A stretch of 59,609 nt of DNA from Methanotrichaceae archaeon (GCA_963754945.1 CAVWIG010000042.1:1-59609), one strand, 5' to 3'. Shown: positions 8,136-20,094, counted from the first letter of the stretch. Made by a program: numbers and translations. The notes: a model not told the origin generated them from the sequence alone.

Positions 8136-9557
8136 GTATGTGTTTAGCTGGTTAGCTTTGCCGTTAGCATTTGGAGACAATCCAGATCTTTCTGTCCCCA
8201 GGTTGCCAGCACCGTCATGATTCGCTCGTGAATCGATGTCCCTTTTTCATTGCGCAGCGTGCCCAAGATCTTTCTCAAAACGACATGGGGTCGCAGCGCT
8301 CTCTCTGCTCTATTATTGGTCGGCTCTACGCCCGGATTAATGATAAACGTGAACAAGTAATTGAATCCGTTTCTAATTTTACTGATGAATTTTTGGATTA
8401 TTTCGAGCGGATACTCTTTCATGATCCATTGTTTTAGCGCTTCTCGTGCCAAATGCCATAAATTCGCTCGGATTTCTGGTGGAGGATCACTTTCCAGAGC
8501 TTTAGTCACTGATTCATAAAGTGCTTTGAGCGCTTCATGCAACGGAATCGCTTCCTCGAACTTCTCCGCAAGGTCTTTCGATTCTCGAAGTAGATGGGCC
8601 CAACATCGTTGCAAGCGATTTGTGAATTTAGCATAAGGTTTCCACCCATCGCATACGATTATTCCCTTAAATCTCCGCGTCAGAACTTCCGTCAGAACCT
8701 TCATGCCTCGGCTCTTTCGAATCACGAAAAATGTCTCCGATTGTGTGGTAAATGTCCAGATCCAGTGTTTTTCTCCCTGGACGTGGATTGACGTTTCGTC
8801 TACGTAGAGGATCGGAGCGTCTCGAATTTTGTTTAAAATCGCATCGTATTCAGATCTAACGGCATCAGCAGCGCGCCGGGTTAAATCAAGTATCGTAGCA
8901 GGACTTATATTCAGACCATGCAATCGCTTTAGAGTGACTTGGATCTTTCTATGAGGCAACCTATCCTCATATTTTAGTAGTGTCGTCTGGGCAATTGTGT
9001 TGTTTCCGAATATGCCTCACTTGGGCAACCTGGATCGTTTGCAGCAACTTCTTTCTGACAGTATGGACACCTGTAATGCGCAATTTTGTATTCAATGACG
9101 GTGATAGGTTGTGGCTCAGGAATTTCCTCGATAATCTTCGACTCTATTCTGAATGGATCACCAAGCACTGTTCCGCAATCGGGACAAAGATCTGCGGTGA
9201 CTTCAACTTGCTTATCGGGCTTGGCTGGAGGTCTCGTTACGCCTTTATGCCCAATTTTCTGGCCGGGCGTTCCATTGCTATCTTTATTCTGATCTTTTTT
9301 GCGATTGAGACCACGTTTCAGACTTGGTGGAGTATGTGCATTCTTATATTTGGCTAATCGGGCTTCGAGTTCCCTTATACGTTCCTTAAGCAACTCATTC
9401 TCGAGTTTCAATTGTTCAATCAAGTCTAGAAGCTGCTTTATGGTTTCGTCTTTGTCCATATTCCCTGTGAAAGATTATCGACATTATATTATATAATTTT
9501 TCTGGTCGAATGGATTCTAGGTCGATCCACCTGAATTGACCAGGGCTAAACACATAC
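8136..9557 (-). mobile_element. IS66-family insertion sequence (single-transposase, ISBst12-like); transposase 8144-9459 frameshifted near 9014
   Basis: 13-bp terminal inverted repeats GTATGTGTTTAGC / GCTAAACACATAC; VDET, QRCWAHLLR, TNNRAERALR motifs; N-terminal coiled coil and CPDC..CPYC. Confidence 0.92.
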
Positions 9558-10009
9558 AAAAAATGTTATGAAACGATTGCATTAGGTAGCACTCTTTCAT
9601 GGACTGGTTCGGCTGCAGAGCAGGGGAAGCTCTCTGCTTGGATCACGCCACCCGTGAATATCGAAGAGAGCGTAGAGCCACGAGGTTGAGGCCGGGAAGC
9701 TGAAGGCTGAGACTCTAGGGTTACGCAACCCTTCTTAACTACTATCGAACCGGAGCTGCAAGCTTGGCCAGCCTTCAAGCCCATCACTCCGACTTTTGCC
9801 TCCTCCTCATGGCTGGCGTTCTTAATATTATTACATTGATAAAGGAGTTGATAAGGCTGTCCATAAGCGGAAGTTATGAGATCAAGACTGGCTGAGGATC
9901 TTAGAGTATTAGCGGAGAATGTATATGGATTCCAGACGATTACATAGAGGCAGCAGAGAGGATGGCTAAAGCTTCTGAGAGAACCAAGAAGGCTGGGAAG
10001 TGAGGATAA

Positions 10010-10420
10010 ATGCAGAAAAATGAACAAACAGCGGATGAGAGTGAAGTAGCTTCCATGAAGAAAGATATCAATGATGCTTTGGGAGCAGACTATTACGATT
10101 GCATGCAGGCACTTGACAGCAGGTTTACCGAGCTAAGGTTAGGCACTCCTGAGCGGGAAAACTATGCGCTCATGCAGGATGCTATAGTCAGGTTGCAGGA
10201 GGAGATACGGGATAGCAATGACCTGGAGTACACGGACGGTGACTACGAGGAAGTGACCAAGGAGTTCTATGAAGAGCTGCTCGATGAGGAGGCAGGTATA
10301 GATCTGCGTGGCCGGGCGGTCATTGACTTCGTGATCAATAGGCTGAAAGGCATCCTCGAAGGCATTGAGAAAGAAAAGAGTGAAAAAGAGAAGGACGAGG
10401 TGGAGGAAGAGAGCGGATGA
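10010..10420 (+). CDS. Acidic hypothetical protein
   Basis: 136-aa ORF with GAGGA upstream; no recognisable motif. Confidence 0.6.
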   Translation: MQKNEQTADESEVASMKKDINDALGADYYDCMQALDSRFTELRLGTPERENYALMQDAIVRLQEEIRDSNDLEYTDGDYEEVTKEFYEELLDEEAGIDLRGRAVIDFVINRLKGILEGIEKEKSEKEKDEVEEESG

Positions 10421-10705
10421 TCAGACGTTCTAAGATGGCAGGCCGTTTCACGCTTTGAAGCGAAAAATTGGGTTTGTCAAATCGAATTGCAGCTATAGCA
10501 TTAAGCTACTGCCACATCAGATTGCATGATAATGTCTAAATCACATTAATAAATTTGAAATATAGGACGAGGGGGAAAGCACTCCTAAACGTAACGTGTC
10601 TAGCCAGTGCTAAAACGTTTCTTGACGGTAAAACCTAATAGATCTTGCAGCCGTACGAAAAGAGCAAAAAAACAGCATGTACTGTAAGCTATATGAAGGC
10701 AATAA

Positions 10706-11030
10706 ATGACAGAAAATAGTGCGCAAAATGTTCAGTGGTTAGAGGATTTGGTGAACTATCAAGATGGTTCGGTTGTAAGCCGAGAGATAATTTGCAAGAG
10801 CACAGGGACCGTAACACTCTTTCGCCTTTGATGAAAGTCAGGGGCTAAGTGAGCACACTGCTCCATTCGATGCACTCGTAAATATTGTGGACGGAGAAGC
10901 AGAGGTTATTATTTCTGGCAAAGCTTACCACCTGAATCAAGGCGAGATCGTGATCTTGCCAGCCAATGAGCCTCATGCCTTAAGAGCGTTAAGTAAATTC
11001 AAGATGCTGTTAGTGATGATAAAATCCTGA
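10706..11030 (+). pseudogene. Cupin domain protein, frameshift at ~10820
   Basis: LVNYQDGSVVSREII..GTVTLF / AFDESQGLSEHTAPFDALV...GEIVILPANEPHALRA. Confidence 0.85.
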
Positions 11031-11490
11031 GCTTCATCTCGGAGGATGCAACGAGACTGCTGATCTAATATGTCCTTATTGATTTGGCTGTAGCCTGTAT
11101 GGATCTGCCAGCTTTCTTATGTAACTCAGCCATAAGAATGGGAGCAATCTGGTTACATAAGAACTGAGCTACTGCTATGTTCATAAATTCGATAGAATTA
11201 ATTTTTTAAATGCCCTAGGATCAACGATCTTCCTAGCTGATGGATTACCCGGACCCGACTGGAGCTGATTAAGGAGTAGAACGGTAGCGGCTAGGTGGCC
11301 CGGCTAAATATATAGGAGGACAGCCTATATTTCTTTCTGTGGCCGGGCTGGGGTAAATGTTGACCTCTGCATAACTCATCCTCCTCCGGTCCGGCCTAAC
11401 TCTCTGAGTGAAAATGTCCAAAAAAGCATCGAAATATCTGTATAGAGCGGCCAGGACCATGAACGACCAGAAGAGGGAAAATGAGCAGCT

Positions 11491-11655
11491 ATGGAGAAAC
11501 TGTCTAGGCTCCTGTACTACTTCGTCTTATGCTGCATTCTGTTGGTACTGATCGTCTACGCAGCAGTGATGTTTGGTGGCCCAGGCGTAGTGGGCGTTAT
11601 CGTTCTGGTGCTACTAATTTGTGATTTCAGGAGATATCTAAGAGCGAGGGGATGA
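11491..11655 (+). CDS. Small two-TM membrane protein (54 aa)
   Basis: MEKLSRLLYYFVLCCILLVLIVYAAVMFGGPGVVGVIVLVLLICDFRRYLRARG. Confidence 0.5.
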   Translation: MEKLSRLLYYFVLCCILLVLIVYAAVMFGGPGVVGVIVLVLLICDFRRYLRARG

Positions 11656-11762
11656 GCATGTCCAAAAAGCATCAAGCGGCTTGTACAATATAGACAAAGT
11701 TCATTACGAGAACCAGCGACCTGGAGTTAATCGGAATCTTCACTTATACATCCTCCGGGGAG

Positions 11763-12197
11763 CTAGGACGGATCGGTATACCACATCTCCCTAGCCTTGG
11801 AGAATGCAGCGTCGGCCTCTCTATCTCGATGTAATGCCCAAAGAGCTTTGCCTTTGTTGTTCCAGGCCATGGCAAAATTTGGATCAAGCTCGATAGCCCT
11901 GTCAAAAGCTTTTAAGGCCTCCTCGTGCTTGCCCTGGTTATCGAGAGCAAGACCTTTGCCATTCCAAGCGTATGCGTATTCCGGATTGATGTTGATAGCC
12001 TCATCGCAAATCTCGATGACCTCGTACCTGCCCTGCATATAGAGAGCCTTGCCTTTGATCCACCGGAAACCATAGGATTTTGGATCGATCCTGATAGCCT
12101 CGTTATAACATTTGATGGCTTCGTCGTACTTGCCCTGTGCATAGAGTGCATTGCCTTTAAACATAGACAAATTGAGATCCATCATAATCCTCTTCAC
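11763..12197 (-). CDS. TPR repeat protein (possibly 5'-truncated)
   Basis: Repeated AWNxKGxAL...EAxxxDxAIxxxP units. Confidence 0.85.
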   Translation of the reverse strand: MKRIMMDLNLSMFKGNALYAQGKYDEAIKCYNEAIRIDPKSYGFRWIKGKALYMQGRYEVIEICDEAININPEYAYAWNGKGLALDNQGKHEEALKAFDRAIELDPNFAMAWNNKGKALWALHRDREADAAFSKAREMWYTDPS

Positions 12198-12232
12198 CCT
12201 TGACTAATATGCTGGAAAGTACGCTAGATAGT

Positions 12233-13030
12233 TCATTGTTCTCTTTTCGCGACTTCTTTGGAGACACCTGTAAGACTTGCCACTGCGTTGGTACCGACCT
12301 CTCCGGCTTGTGTGATTACTATGAGGTTTTTCTCCCTGGCAATCTCTGCTAGAGTCTGCAGCTCTCTGAGCTTGATGGCCACTGGAGCCTCCCCGTAGAG
12401 CTTGGCCGCCTCGGTCATTAGCTTGGAAGCCTGGAACTCTCCATCGGCCAGGATTATTCTGGACCTCTTCTCCCTCTCTGCCTCGGCCTGCTTAGCTATG
12501 GCCCTCATCATCGACTCAGGCAAGCTCACATCACGCAGGGTGACAGCCACGACCTTGATCCCCCAGGGATCGGTGTGCTGGTCAAGAATCTCCTGAAGCT
12601 TCTTGTTCAGCTCATCACGTTTGGACAGCAAGTCGTCCAGCTCAATCTGACCCAGGACGTCCCGAAGGGTGGTCTGAGCCAAGAGACTGGTGGCCATCTT
12701 GTAGTTCTCGACCTGGATGACAGCCTTGGCCGGGTCAACGACTCTGTAGTAGATAACCGCATCCACATTTACGCTTACGTTATCCCTGGTTATGACCACC
12801 TGCTTGGCTACATCGATGGTAACAACCCTCAAGTCCAACTGCCTGACGCGGTCTATGGACGGGATAATGAAGAATATCCCTGGACCCTTCACACCACTGA
12901 AGCGTCCCAGCCGGAAGATAACTACTCGTTCGTACTCTCGAACTATCCTGATAGCCTGGGACAAGATGATGACCACAACCAGCAGGCCGATCAGAGAACT
13001 GATATCAAATTGAGCCAAAGGGACACCCAA
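12233..13030 (-). CDS. SPFH/band 7 stomatin-like protein
   Basis: YERVVIFRLGR, GPG, QTTLR, QAEAERE motifs. Confidence 0.95.
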   Translation of the reverse strand: MGVPLAQFDISSLIGLLVVVIILSQAIRIVREYERVVIFRLGRFSGVKGPGIFFIIPSIDRVRQLDLRVVTIDVAKQVVITRDNVSVNVDAVIYYRVVDPAKAVIQVENYKMATSLLAQTTLRDVLGQIELDDLLSKRDELNKKLQEILDQHTDPWGIKVVAVTLRDVSLPESMMRAIAKQAEAEREKRSRIILADGEFQASKLMTEAAKLYGEAPVAIKLRELQTLAEIAREKNLIVITQAGEVGTNAVASLTGVSKEVAKREQ

Positions 13031-13284
13031 ACTTGTTTGTGCTTGTTATATTAAATAGCTACTGGAAAAAACCAAGTCCATGAACGAGATCGCCCAGGCG
13101 AAGGACCTGGATATCTCCACTTATATCGATTGGGTACGTGTAGAGAGGCGATTAGCTAGTTCTTTGAGTTCTCTTACAAGATGGGGCTGGGGGTGGCTCG
13201 TTGATCGAAGACCGAAAGAAGAAGTCGCAAGTTCTGGTATAATGCCTACTGGAAGACTGAGCTGGCAAAATAAAAGGTCAGAAA

Positions 13285-13550
13285 AGGATTGACGAAGTCC
13301 AAGGCTAAGCGCTGGCGACACAGGTTTTGCAGAAGCTATCTCTTTTTTGTCGAAGACCAGGCACTCGTGCCTTTCAGCTTGTAACCGTTGGCTATCTCGC
13401 TCTTGGGAACCTCATCCCCTTCCTCGCAGAAAGCCTCTAAGAAATGGGTACATTGCACTTCTGATGCAGCATTCGAAAGCTGATCTTTCTATCGAAGGTG
13501 ATGGGGAGGGCCCTTACGGGATTGTTGACCAGTCCCATGCTGATGCTGAA
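13285..13550 (-). pseudogene. ku: Ku (NHEJ end-binding protein) N-terminal remnant
   Basis: Reverse strand reads SISMGLVNNPVRALPITFDRKISFRMLHQKCNVPIS* / FCEEGDEVPKSEIANGYKLKG / ECLVFDKKEIASAKP, resembling the Ku N-terminus (SISFGLVNIPV...FRxLH...C...EV...I..GY). Confidence 0.75.
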
Positions 13551-13758
13551 AAATGACTTCCGGCACAGGAGGATGATCTCCCACCGTTATTGGTTTGGCG
13601 ATTCTTTACATAAGAAACAGGCTTCCTTTGTTATCCCTAAAGTTTTTGGAAAATGTCTGTCTAAGTTTTTCATGTTTATATTTATATTCTAATTGAAAAT
13701 ATGATGCAAAAGCAGTATAAATAGCTTAAAGTTAAATGTCTTGGTTGCGTAAAGGACT

Positions 13759-14832
13759 TTGAAAGTTATGAAGGTCCTTCAGATCTCTCCCTATTTTCCA
13801 CCCCACGTTGGCGGGATAGAGTATCATGTCAAAGGACTCTCAGATGGGCTCATCGAGAGGGGATACGAGGTCGAGGTGGCCGCATCGTGTGGGAACAGCC
13901 ACGCAAAGTTAGTCCGCATCCCCTGCATTGACTTTCTTTACTTTCCTGTGCCTTTGAGGTCTCCCCGGCTCGAAGCGGATATCTACCACAGCCATGTTCC
14001 AAGCCCCACCTTCGCCTTATGGTTCAAAGATGCCGCTCCTCACGTAGTGACTTACCATAACGACGTCGTTGTTCCTTGCAGGGTCAATGGCCATTGTCTT
14101 CCCAGGTCTCTGGGAGGTTCCCTGGAATGGATAAACAGGAAATTAGTGAGGCCCGTTCTGGATAGGGCGGAAATCATAATCGCCACCACGAAGAGCTATG
14201 CTGAGACGTCCCCGGTTCTGAGAGACTACTTTCATAAGATCGAGATCGTTCCCAATGCCGTAGATACAACTATATTTCAACCCGGTCTGAGCAGGGACCA
14301 CTACGTCCTGTACGTCGGAAGGCTGGTGGATTACAAAGGGATCGAGATGCTGCTTTTAGCCATGAGACAGGTCCAAAACAAGGAGAATCTGCCGCTGATG
14401 ATGGTCGGAGACGGCTATGACAGGTCCCGCTTTGAGAGGATCGCTAGTCTAATGGGGCTCAAAATCGAGTTCACCGGAAGAGTAAGTCGAAATAAGCTCA
14501 TAGATCTTCTCTCCCGGGCGGAGATGCTCGTCTTGCCCTCTACCAACAGGTTGGAAGCCTTCGGAATAGTTCTGCTGGAGGCAATGGCCTGCCAGACCCC
14601 CGTCCTGGCCTATGATACTCCCGGCGTGAACGAAGTGGCCAGAGATGGCGGGATAATCTTCTCCGAAACCACTGAGCTGGCCGAGCAGATCCTGGAGTTG
14701 CATAGGGATGAATCCAGAAGGGCCGCCTTGGGTGAACGGGGAAGAAGGGCTGTAAGGGAGAAGTACTCGTGGGAAAAGGTGCTGGATAAGGTCGAGTCCA
14801 TCTATGACGAAGTAACTCAATGCACCGTGTAA
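13759..14832 (+). CDS. Glycosyltransferase family 4
   Basis: PYFPPHVGGIE, YVGRLVDYKG, EAFGIVLLEAMAC motifs. Confidence 0.95.
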   Translation: MKVMKVLQISPYFPPHVGGIEYHVKGLSDGLIERGYEVEVAASCGNSHAKLVRIPCIDFLYFPVPLRSPRLEADIYHSHVPSPTFALWFKDAAPHVVTYHNDVVVPCRVNGHCLPRSLGGSLEWINRKLVRPVLDRAEIIIATTKSYAETSPVLRDYFHKIEIVPNAVDTTIFQPGLSRDHYVLYVGRLVDYKGIEMLLLAMRQVQNKENLPLMMVGDGYDRSRFERIASLMGLKIEFTGRVSRNKLIDLLSRAEMLVLPSTNRLEAFGIVLLEAMACQTPVLAYDTPGVNEVARDGGIIFSETTELAEQILELHRDESRRAALGERGRRAVREKYSWEKVLDKVESIYDEVTQCTV

Positions 14833-15173
14833 TCCTAAAAAGTAGAATCTCATCAGATCAAATGTGAGATCTCTATAAGACTGATATTCTGGAAGATGTG
14901 TGCGATTCGGATTCATTTGTACAAGAAACATTCATGCCCGAAAGGGCACCTATGAGTATGAAAATTGGTCACTAAGTATATTTTCAGGATCAACGTTTTC
15001 TCAATTGTGCGACAAGCAATCAGGGCGAATTTTTTCTGGAGGATTTTGATGTCCTCGAACAAGGAACTGCCAAAGCAACTCTTAGAAACCCATGAATGTC
15101 GCCTTATTAGGCAAGTGTATCAAACAATTACAAGTGCTTCACGATCATAGGTCACCGCAATCACGGTCTATTT

Positions 15174-16121
15174 CTACCCGAAAAATCTAAACCACACCAT
15201 GTTCCCGGCATATGGTATAAGGTTCTTCAGAGACATTAGGTGAGAAGTTTCAGCATGGCAATAAATCAGGCAATGTTTTTGGCACTTTAGCATCTTCTGC
15301 CCGGCTTCTTTGGCTTCGCTGGACCTCATCAGCTCACATAGATCGCTCTCGAGGAGATTTCCTAGCTTAGTGCCAATTTCCATGCAGGGATACATTATAT
15401 CGCCGTTTGGCTCAACCATAATCGATAGAGTCCTGCAAGCATAAGGTTTGTCGAAGCTGTCGATATATGCTTGACTGGTAGTCAAGACGTTCCCGTATTC
15501 CTCCTTCAACCGCAAGAGTATTTCACGAAGCTTGAACAGATCAGGCGTTAAGTCCTCGGTTCCTTGGAAGGCAAAGGCAGGCATGATGAGGATCTTGTGG
15601 TCGAACTTGCTTGCCTTCTCCACCTTTTCGTCGATCTTGTCCAGGTCGTACCTAGTCACTACTGTCTGGATGGTGGTTTTAATTCCCAAATCCTTAAAGT
15701 AGCCCAGTCTGTCAAAAAGGTGCACGTTCTGATGGCCTTCGTCTATCGAGAGCTCCAGGAAATCGAAATATTTGGCGTATTCCTCGAAAGGACTCTTGTC
15801 AATGAGAAGGCCGTTTGTGGTGAACAAAATATAGTTGGAAAGATCGTGAGCATGTTTTAGGATCTTTCCCATATCTTTTCTTAGGAGAGGTTCTCCTCCT
15901 TCGAAGCTAATGGTAAAGATACTTGACCGAGATAAGTTGTCAATTATCTTGTTGACCTGCTCAGTTTTCAGGTCCGGAATCTTATTATCCCATACATTGC
16001 AAAAACCGCAACGCAGGTTACAGCGGTGAGTTACTTTAAAAGATGCATAAAAAGGATTGTCGAAATCGTTTCTTATGTAATTCGACAGGAAACTCCTAAA
16101 TGCCCTCAAGTTCCTGTTCAT
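15174..16121 (-). CDS. Radical SAM protein with SPASM/twitch-like C-terminus
   Basis: CNLRCGFC, GGEPLL and C-terminal Cys cluster (ACR..PNGDIMYPC..CQKHCLIYC). Confidence 0.92.
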   Translation of the reverse strand: MNRNLRAFRSFLSNYIRNDFDNPFYASFKVTHRCNLRCGFCNVWDNKIPDLKTEQVNKIIDNLSRSSIFTISFEGGEPLLRKDMGKILKHAHDLSNYILFTTNGLLIDKSPFEEYAKYFDFLELSIDEGHQNVHLFDRLGYFKDLGIKTTIQTVVTRYDLDKIDEKVEKASKFDHKILIMPAFAFQGTEDLTPDLFKLREILLRLKEEYGNVLTTSQAYIDSFDKPYACRTLSIMVEPNGDIMYPCMEIGTKLGNLLESDLCELMRSSEAKEAGQKMLKCQKHCLIYCHAETSHLMSLKNLIPYAGNMVWFRFFG

Positions 16122-16324
16122 TACTTATGATGGTGTTCGTGAATATTAAAGAGTTTTCTGCCGCGAGGATAACAGCGTCAAGGCCTATGTTGGTCTGTGG
16201 AGTAGATAAAGGAAAATCTCAAGAACCAAAAAACAACCCAAATTGCGAAAATAATGAAACCCGATGATTCTCCCCTGTGTGTCCTGCGCCTGATCTCTCA
16301 AATCAGTCAGCCCCAGGGAATAAG

Positions 16325-16441
16325 GCCCCAGGGCCACAGGATCTACGCCAGCAGAAAAGTGGCCGAGAAGATCGAGATACAAACCCGCCACGCTGCCGAG
16401 CTTTACAACGTGGATGTCAGGCAGGATCAACGATATCTGGG
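16325..16441 (+). pseudogene. PolB2-like DNA polymerase, N-terminal fragment
   Basis: GHRIYASRKVAEKIEIQTRHAAELYNVDVRQDQRYL resembles the N-terminal region of methanogen PolB2-like proteins (from memory). Confidence 0.55.
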
Positions 16442-16539
16442 TTCACCGGTATGCAATCATCGAACGGACTTGTTCATCTTCGAATCTTGAAGATTTAAAG
16501 CAACTATAATGCTGCCACTAATCCGCAATTGCATTGATT

Positions 16540-18813
16540 TCAGGAAATCAAGACCTCCTCAACAAGTCTCCTGGGGGTATGTTTGGCTGGCTCAGCATAC
16601 CCCATGCGAATAAGTATTTGGGGATATTTTACGTTCAATATCTCTGCTATCTCCTGCCTGAGTTCTGGGATACCTATTGGTTGGCTGAAAAGGTCGAACA
16701 TGACATTCAACCTAGTCGCGGTCAGAAACAGAATCTCAAATAGAACCCCTGTCTTGATCCAGGTCAATTTATCATCGCTTTCAGTGGATAACACGGCTAC
16801 AACAGGAGAAGCTTTCATGAAGGAGGTCTCTATTCTGGCCCTGGACGAGGACATATCAAAGGTCCCAAATATAAATGAACCAAAGAGGATTTCTATTTAC
16901 TAACAGATTTCTTCGAAATGAGTAGTTTTCGCCGAAATTCATACCTTTTTTGCTTTGAAGACATCGATTCTCCTTGAATTACACTCTTTTTCGATCATTT
17001 TTCGACAGCTTCCGCTCGGCCTAGATGACTTTGGCATTTTTCAGTGTGCAGAGTTGATATAAGTTGAAAGCAAATGCCGCCACCATCATCTTAGTGTGAA
17101 CCCTCTGAACAGTTGTAACCAGCACTCTACCAGAATCGAACACTCTTTTAATAACTGCGTGAGGCCGTTCGCCTGGTGCTCTGAGCTTGCTGATCAATCG
17201 ATTTCTCTCCTTATCGAGCTCACCTAGAGGCTTATCGGTGGTCCTGCGTTTCATTGTGAAATCCACGCCCTTAGCCTCCGCCCCAAAGTATCCTCTATCT
17301 CTGAGCACCACTTCATTCTCGACAGATAGATCAACCTGACTATCATGCAGCGATGCCGTGGTAGTCTCGATTTCGCGTATCAGACCATAATCGATATCGC
17401 TTTTCTGATGGAGCTTATAGCCGAAATGTGTTTCATTTCCTTTCTTAGCCCATGTGCCATCTTTACTGCGACGAGTTCTGGCCTCGTTGCCGCGTGGCTT
17501 CTTGGAAGAACCAGGATCAGCTTCAATGAATGTAGCATCTTGAATCGTTCCCATGATGACAACTAATCCCATAGCAACAAGCTGTCTTTGAAGTTCCGCC
17601 CAAACAATCTTGTTCTTCCCGGTTTTTTCCATGCGATCTCTGAATAACCATATTGTGCTGGAATCGGGGAATGGCTCAGGATACCCAAGAAATTCCATGA
17701 ACGATAGGCGATCTGCTATCTGTCTTTCTGCTTCAAGATCACTCAAGCCAAACCACTGCTGAAGAATTAGAATCTTGAACATGAGAATAACGTCGCTGTT
17801 CGGCCTTCCCCCTTTCTCACTCTTGTTATTGTACATTTCATCGAGATGACCGCGAATCGGAACCCAATCGATCTTATCCGATATCTCCAATAGCCTATTT
17901 CCAGTCTTGTTGTTCTTCTTTTTGACTTGTTGCAACGCCCAGATGATAAAAGAATTCATAATATCTACTAGTATTGTTATTATATAAACATTTCGATAGT
18001 TATAGAATAAATGGTAAGTTCATTGGAACCCTCTGAATGGTAGGTTTATAAGAGTCCTCCAAAGAAGGATGCGAAATCTGAATAGCCAAAAGCGTATCCT
18101 GGAAGCCCGTCCTTGGCATCGGAGGTATTCGGCCTCACCCAAGATGCCAGCTCCTTCCGAAAGGCTTTGTTTCCAAGCTGTATCCTGTGAGCTCTGCTCA
18201 GGATGTCGGCCATCTTGTTCTTACCTTCATTGTTCGTTATTATGTCCAACCTGAAACCTTCTTTATTAACGCAATACCTTAAGGTCTCGAGCTTCTCGTC
18301 CTCGATAGCTTTCTCCTCATATCTCTTCCTATTTGTGTGGCGTTTTGTTATTTCCTGGAAAAGATCGGGAAACCTAGGTTCTGTGGCTCTGTCAGAGAAT
18401 TGCACAACGGCTGTCCTATCCCCGGATATGCCGTCAGGCAGACAATTCACGTCATATCCAAAGCCGAAATGCTCAGCTCCTAATAGAATATTGGCAAGGA
18501 GACACCCATGGCTTATGTATAGCGTCCTATTGTTGGGATCAACATTTGGCAGGGACCTGGCGAGGTCGGCGATTAAAGATACCTCATTGCCTTTGACGGA
18601 TAACTTCCAGGGCTGGGTGTTAGGCCCGGATGGGGCTAGAACACCGTACCTTAAAAGAAACTTCAATTGATCGAATAAGGTTCCTTTAGTAGGAAAATCT
18701 GATTCTTGAACATCCCAAGCCGCTAATTTACCGCTCACTTTGAACCATCCCATCGTAACGAACAAATATGAATAACCATCCATACCTTTAAATCTTTTCA
18801 AATGATACAGCAT
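16540..18813 (-). pseudogene. Acg-type double nitroreductase domain protein split by IS5
   Basis: LAPSGPNTQPW and RHTNR in the 5' part; the frame rejoins as ...DFASF|FGSFIFGTFDMS... across the IS; ends PQILIRMGYA...TPRR. Confidence 0.88.
16885..18059 (-). mobile_element. IS5-family element with intact transposase (17021-17959)
   Basis: Imperfect 16-bp TIRs GAGGATTTCTATTTAC / GTTTATAAGAGTCCTC; 4-bp TSD CAAA; QDAT, GYKLH, DRGY, R.PGER motifs. Confidence 0.93.
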
Positions 18814-18835
18814 ATCCTTCTAGGAGGGTGAGGAA

Positions 18836-19117
18836 ATGGCTGGAACTTTGGATGAATATAAGAGGCTCTTTCGAGAGGCGACTATTGCAGACCAAATGAA
18901 GCTCTTCAAACTTCACATCGCCATATATTTGGTAGTGAACATCATTTGGCTGGCACTGAACTCCACTGGGTCGATAAAGATAGATCCGATGTGGGCAGTC
19001 TATTATTCTCCGGTTGGCTGGGGTTTGCTTGTAATTGTTCACTACTGGTTCTTCGTTCGCGGTGCTGAAAATCTATGCAAGCTTAGAGAAGAGATGGCTG
19101 AAGCAAAGATCACGTAA
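18836..19117 (+). CDS. 2TM domain-containing membrane protein
   Basis: FKLHIAIYLVVN...W...GWGLLVIVH pattern. Confidence 0.75.
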   Translation: MAGTLDEYKRLFREATIADQMKLFKLHIAIYLVVNIIWLALNSTGSIKIDPMWAVYYSPVGWGLLVIVHYWFFVRGAENLCKLREEMAEAKIT

Positions 19118-19170
19118 GTCTATTGTCAATCTAGGCCATCACCTCATTTAGGGCTGATGTACCTCAATGA

Positions 19171-19614
19171 TGGCAGGCTTAAACTGGCAAGACGAAGATC
19201 CGGGGCGTGGTGGCCCGCAAGGGCGACACTCCCGAGTACGTGAATAAGATGTAACAGGAGGTCTTCGAGGTCCTGGCCGAAGCAAGGAGCCTGGAGGATC
19301 TCAGACGAATAGAGCCCAAAGCTCGGGAGGTCTACAGGAGATACATGGACGAGCTGGACGGTGCCGACATCAAGGAGCTGGCCATTCACAGAAGAGTAAG
19401 CCGGCGGACTATTCTAGGAGATGTGCCGAGGCTTCGGCTGTGCAGGCTCATATGAAGCAAGGTATCCACTGGCTCCGGGGATGGAGATAAGCTATGTGAT
19501 TAGAGATGCCCGCAAGTGGGAGGTAGACCCGAAAAGGATGGCCTTAGAGTTCGATGCTGCGTACTATCGAGGGCTCCTGGAGAAGGCTTGGGGAGAAGCG
19601 GCGTTTGTGTTTCG
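19171..19614 (+). pseudogene. PolB2-like DNA polymerase C-terminal fragment (degenerate copy)
   Basis: Nucleotide near-duplicate of 22891-23337 with a stop codon and frameshifts. Confidence 0.8.
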
Positions 19615-19727
19615 ACAATACTTCAAAAAGTGTCGCCTTAAACACAACAAGTTTGGAAGCTCAACTGGAAAAATAGTTAAATCCCTACCTGAGATTTTGA
19701 TTGACCAGGCCAGGACCGGTTGATCTT

Positions 19728-19937
19728 CTAACTCAGCTGTGTCAGTTCGTCTTCCAGCTCCTTGATATATTTGTCGAGCTGTCTGATTTTATTCTGCAAG
19801 ATCTTGTTTTTTTCATCAGATATCCTGAGCTCGCGATCAAATGACGCCTTTAGCGTATCATTACAAGTCCCTAGCCTCTCCTTAAGCTCTTTGACCCTTT
19901 CCTCAAGAATCTGAACTTGCTCTCCAGGTGTCGCCAT
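19728..19937 (-). CDS. Small coiled-coil hypothetical protein
   Basis: 69-aa ORF with heptad pattern and GAGGT RBS-like motif. Confidence 0.55.
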   Translation of the reverse strand: MATPGEQVQILEERVKELKERLGTCNDTLKASFDRELRISDEKNKILQNKIRQLDKYIKELEDELTQLS

Positions 19938-20094
19938 GTCATAACCTCTTAACTTCGAGACTTTCCTTTATTTTTTCCTTCAAACAATTAATAACTATCT
20001 GAAGGAGTCCCAGGATCGCGTATTCTAAGTTAACTTCGCTTGAAGTTACTGCCCTTGGACGAGACGATTAAAAGCATACCGGAGGACGACCTCT

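Noticed and set aside
9558-10009. ORF 9566-10027 (-) and short plus-strand frames
   Set aside because: No recognisable motifs or coding-like composition
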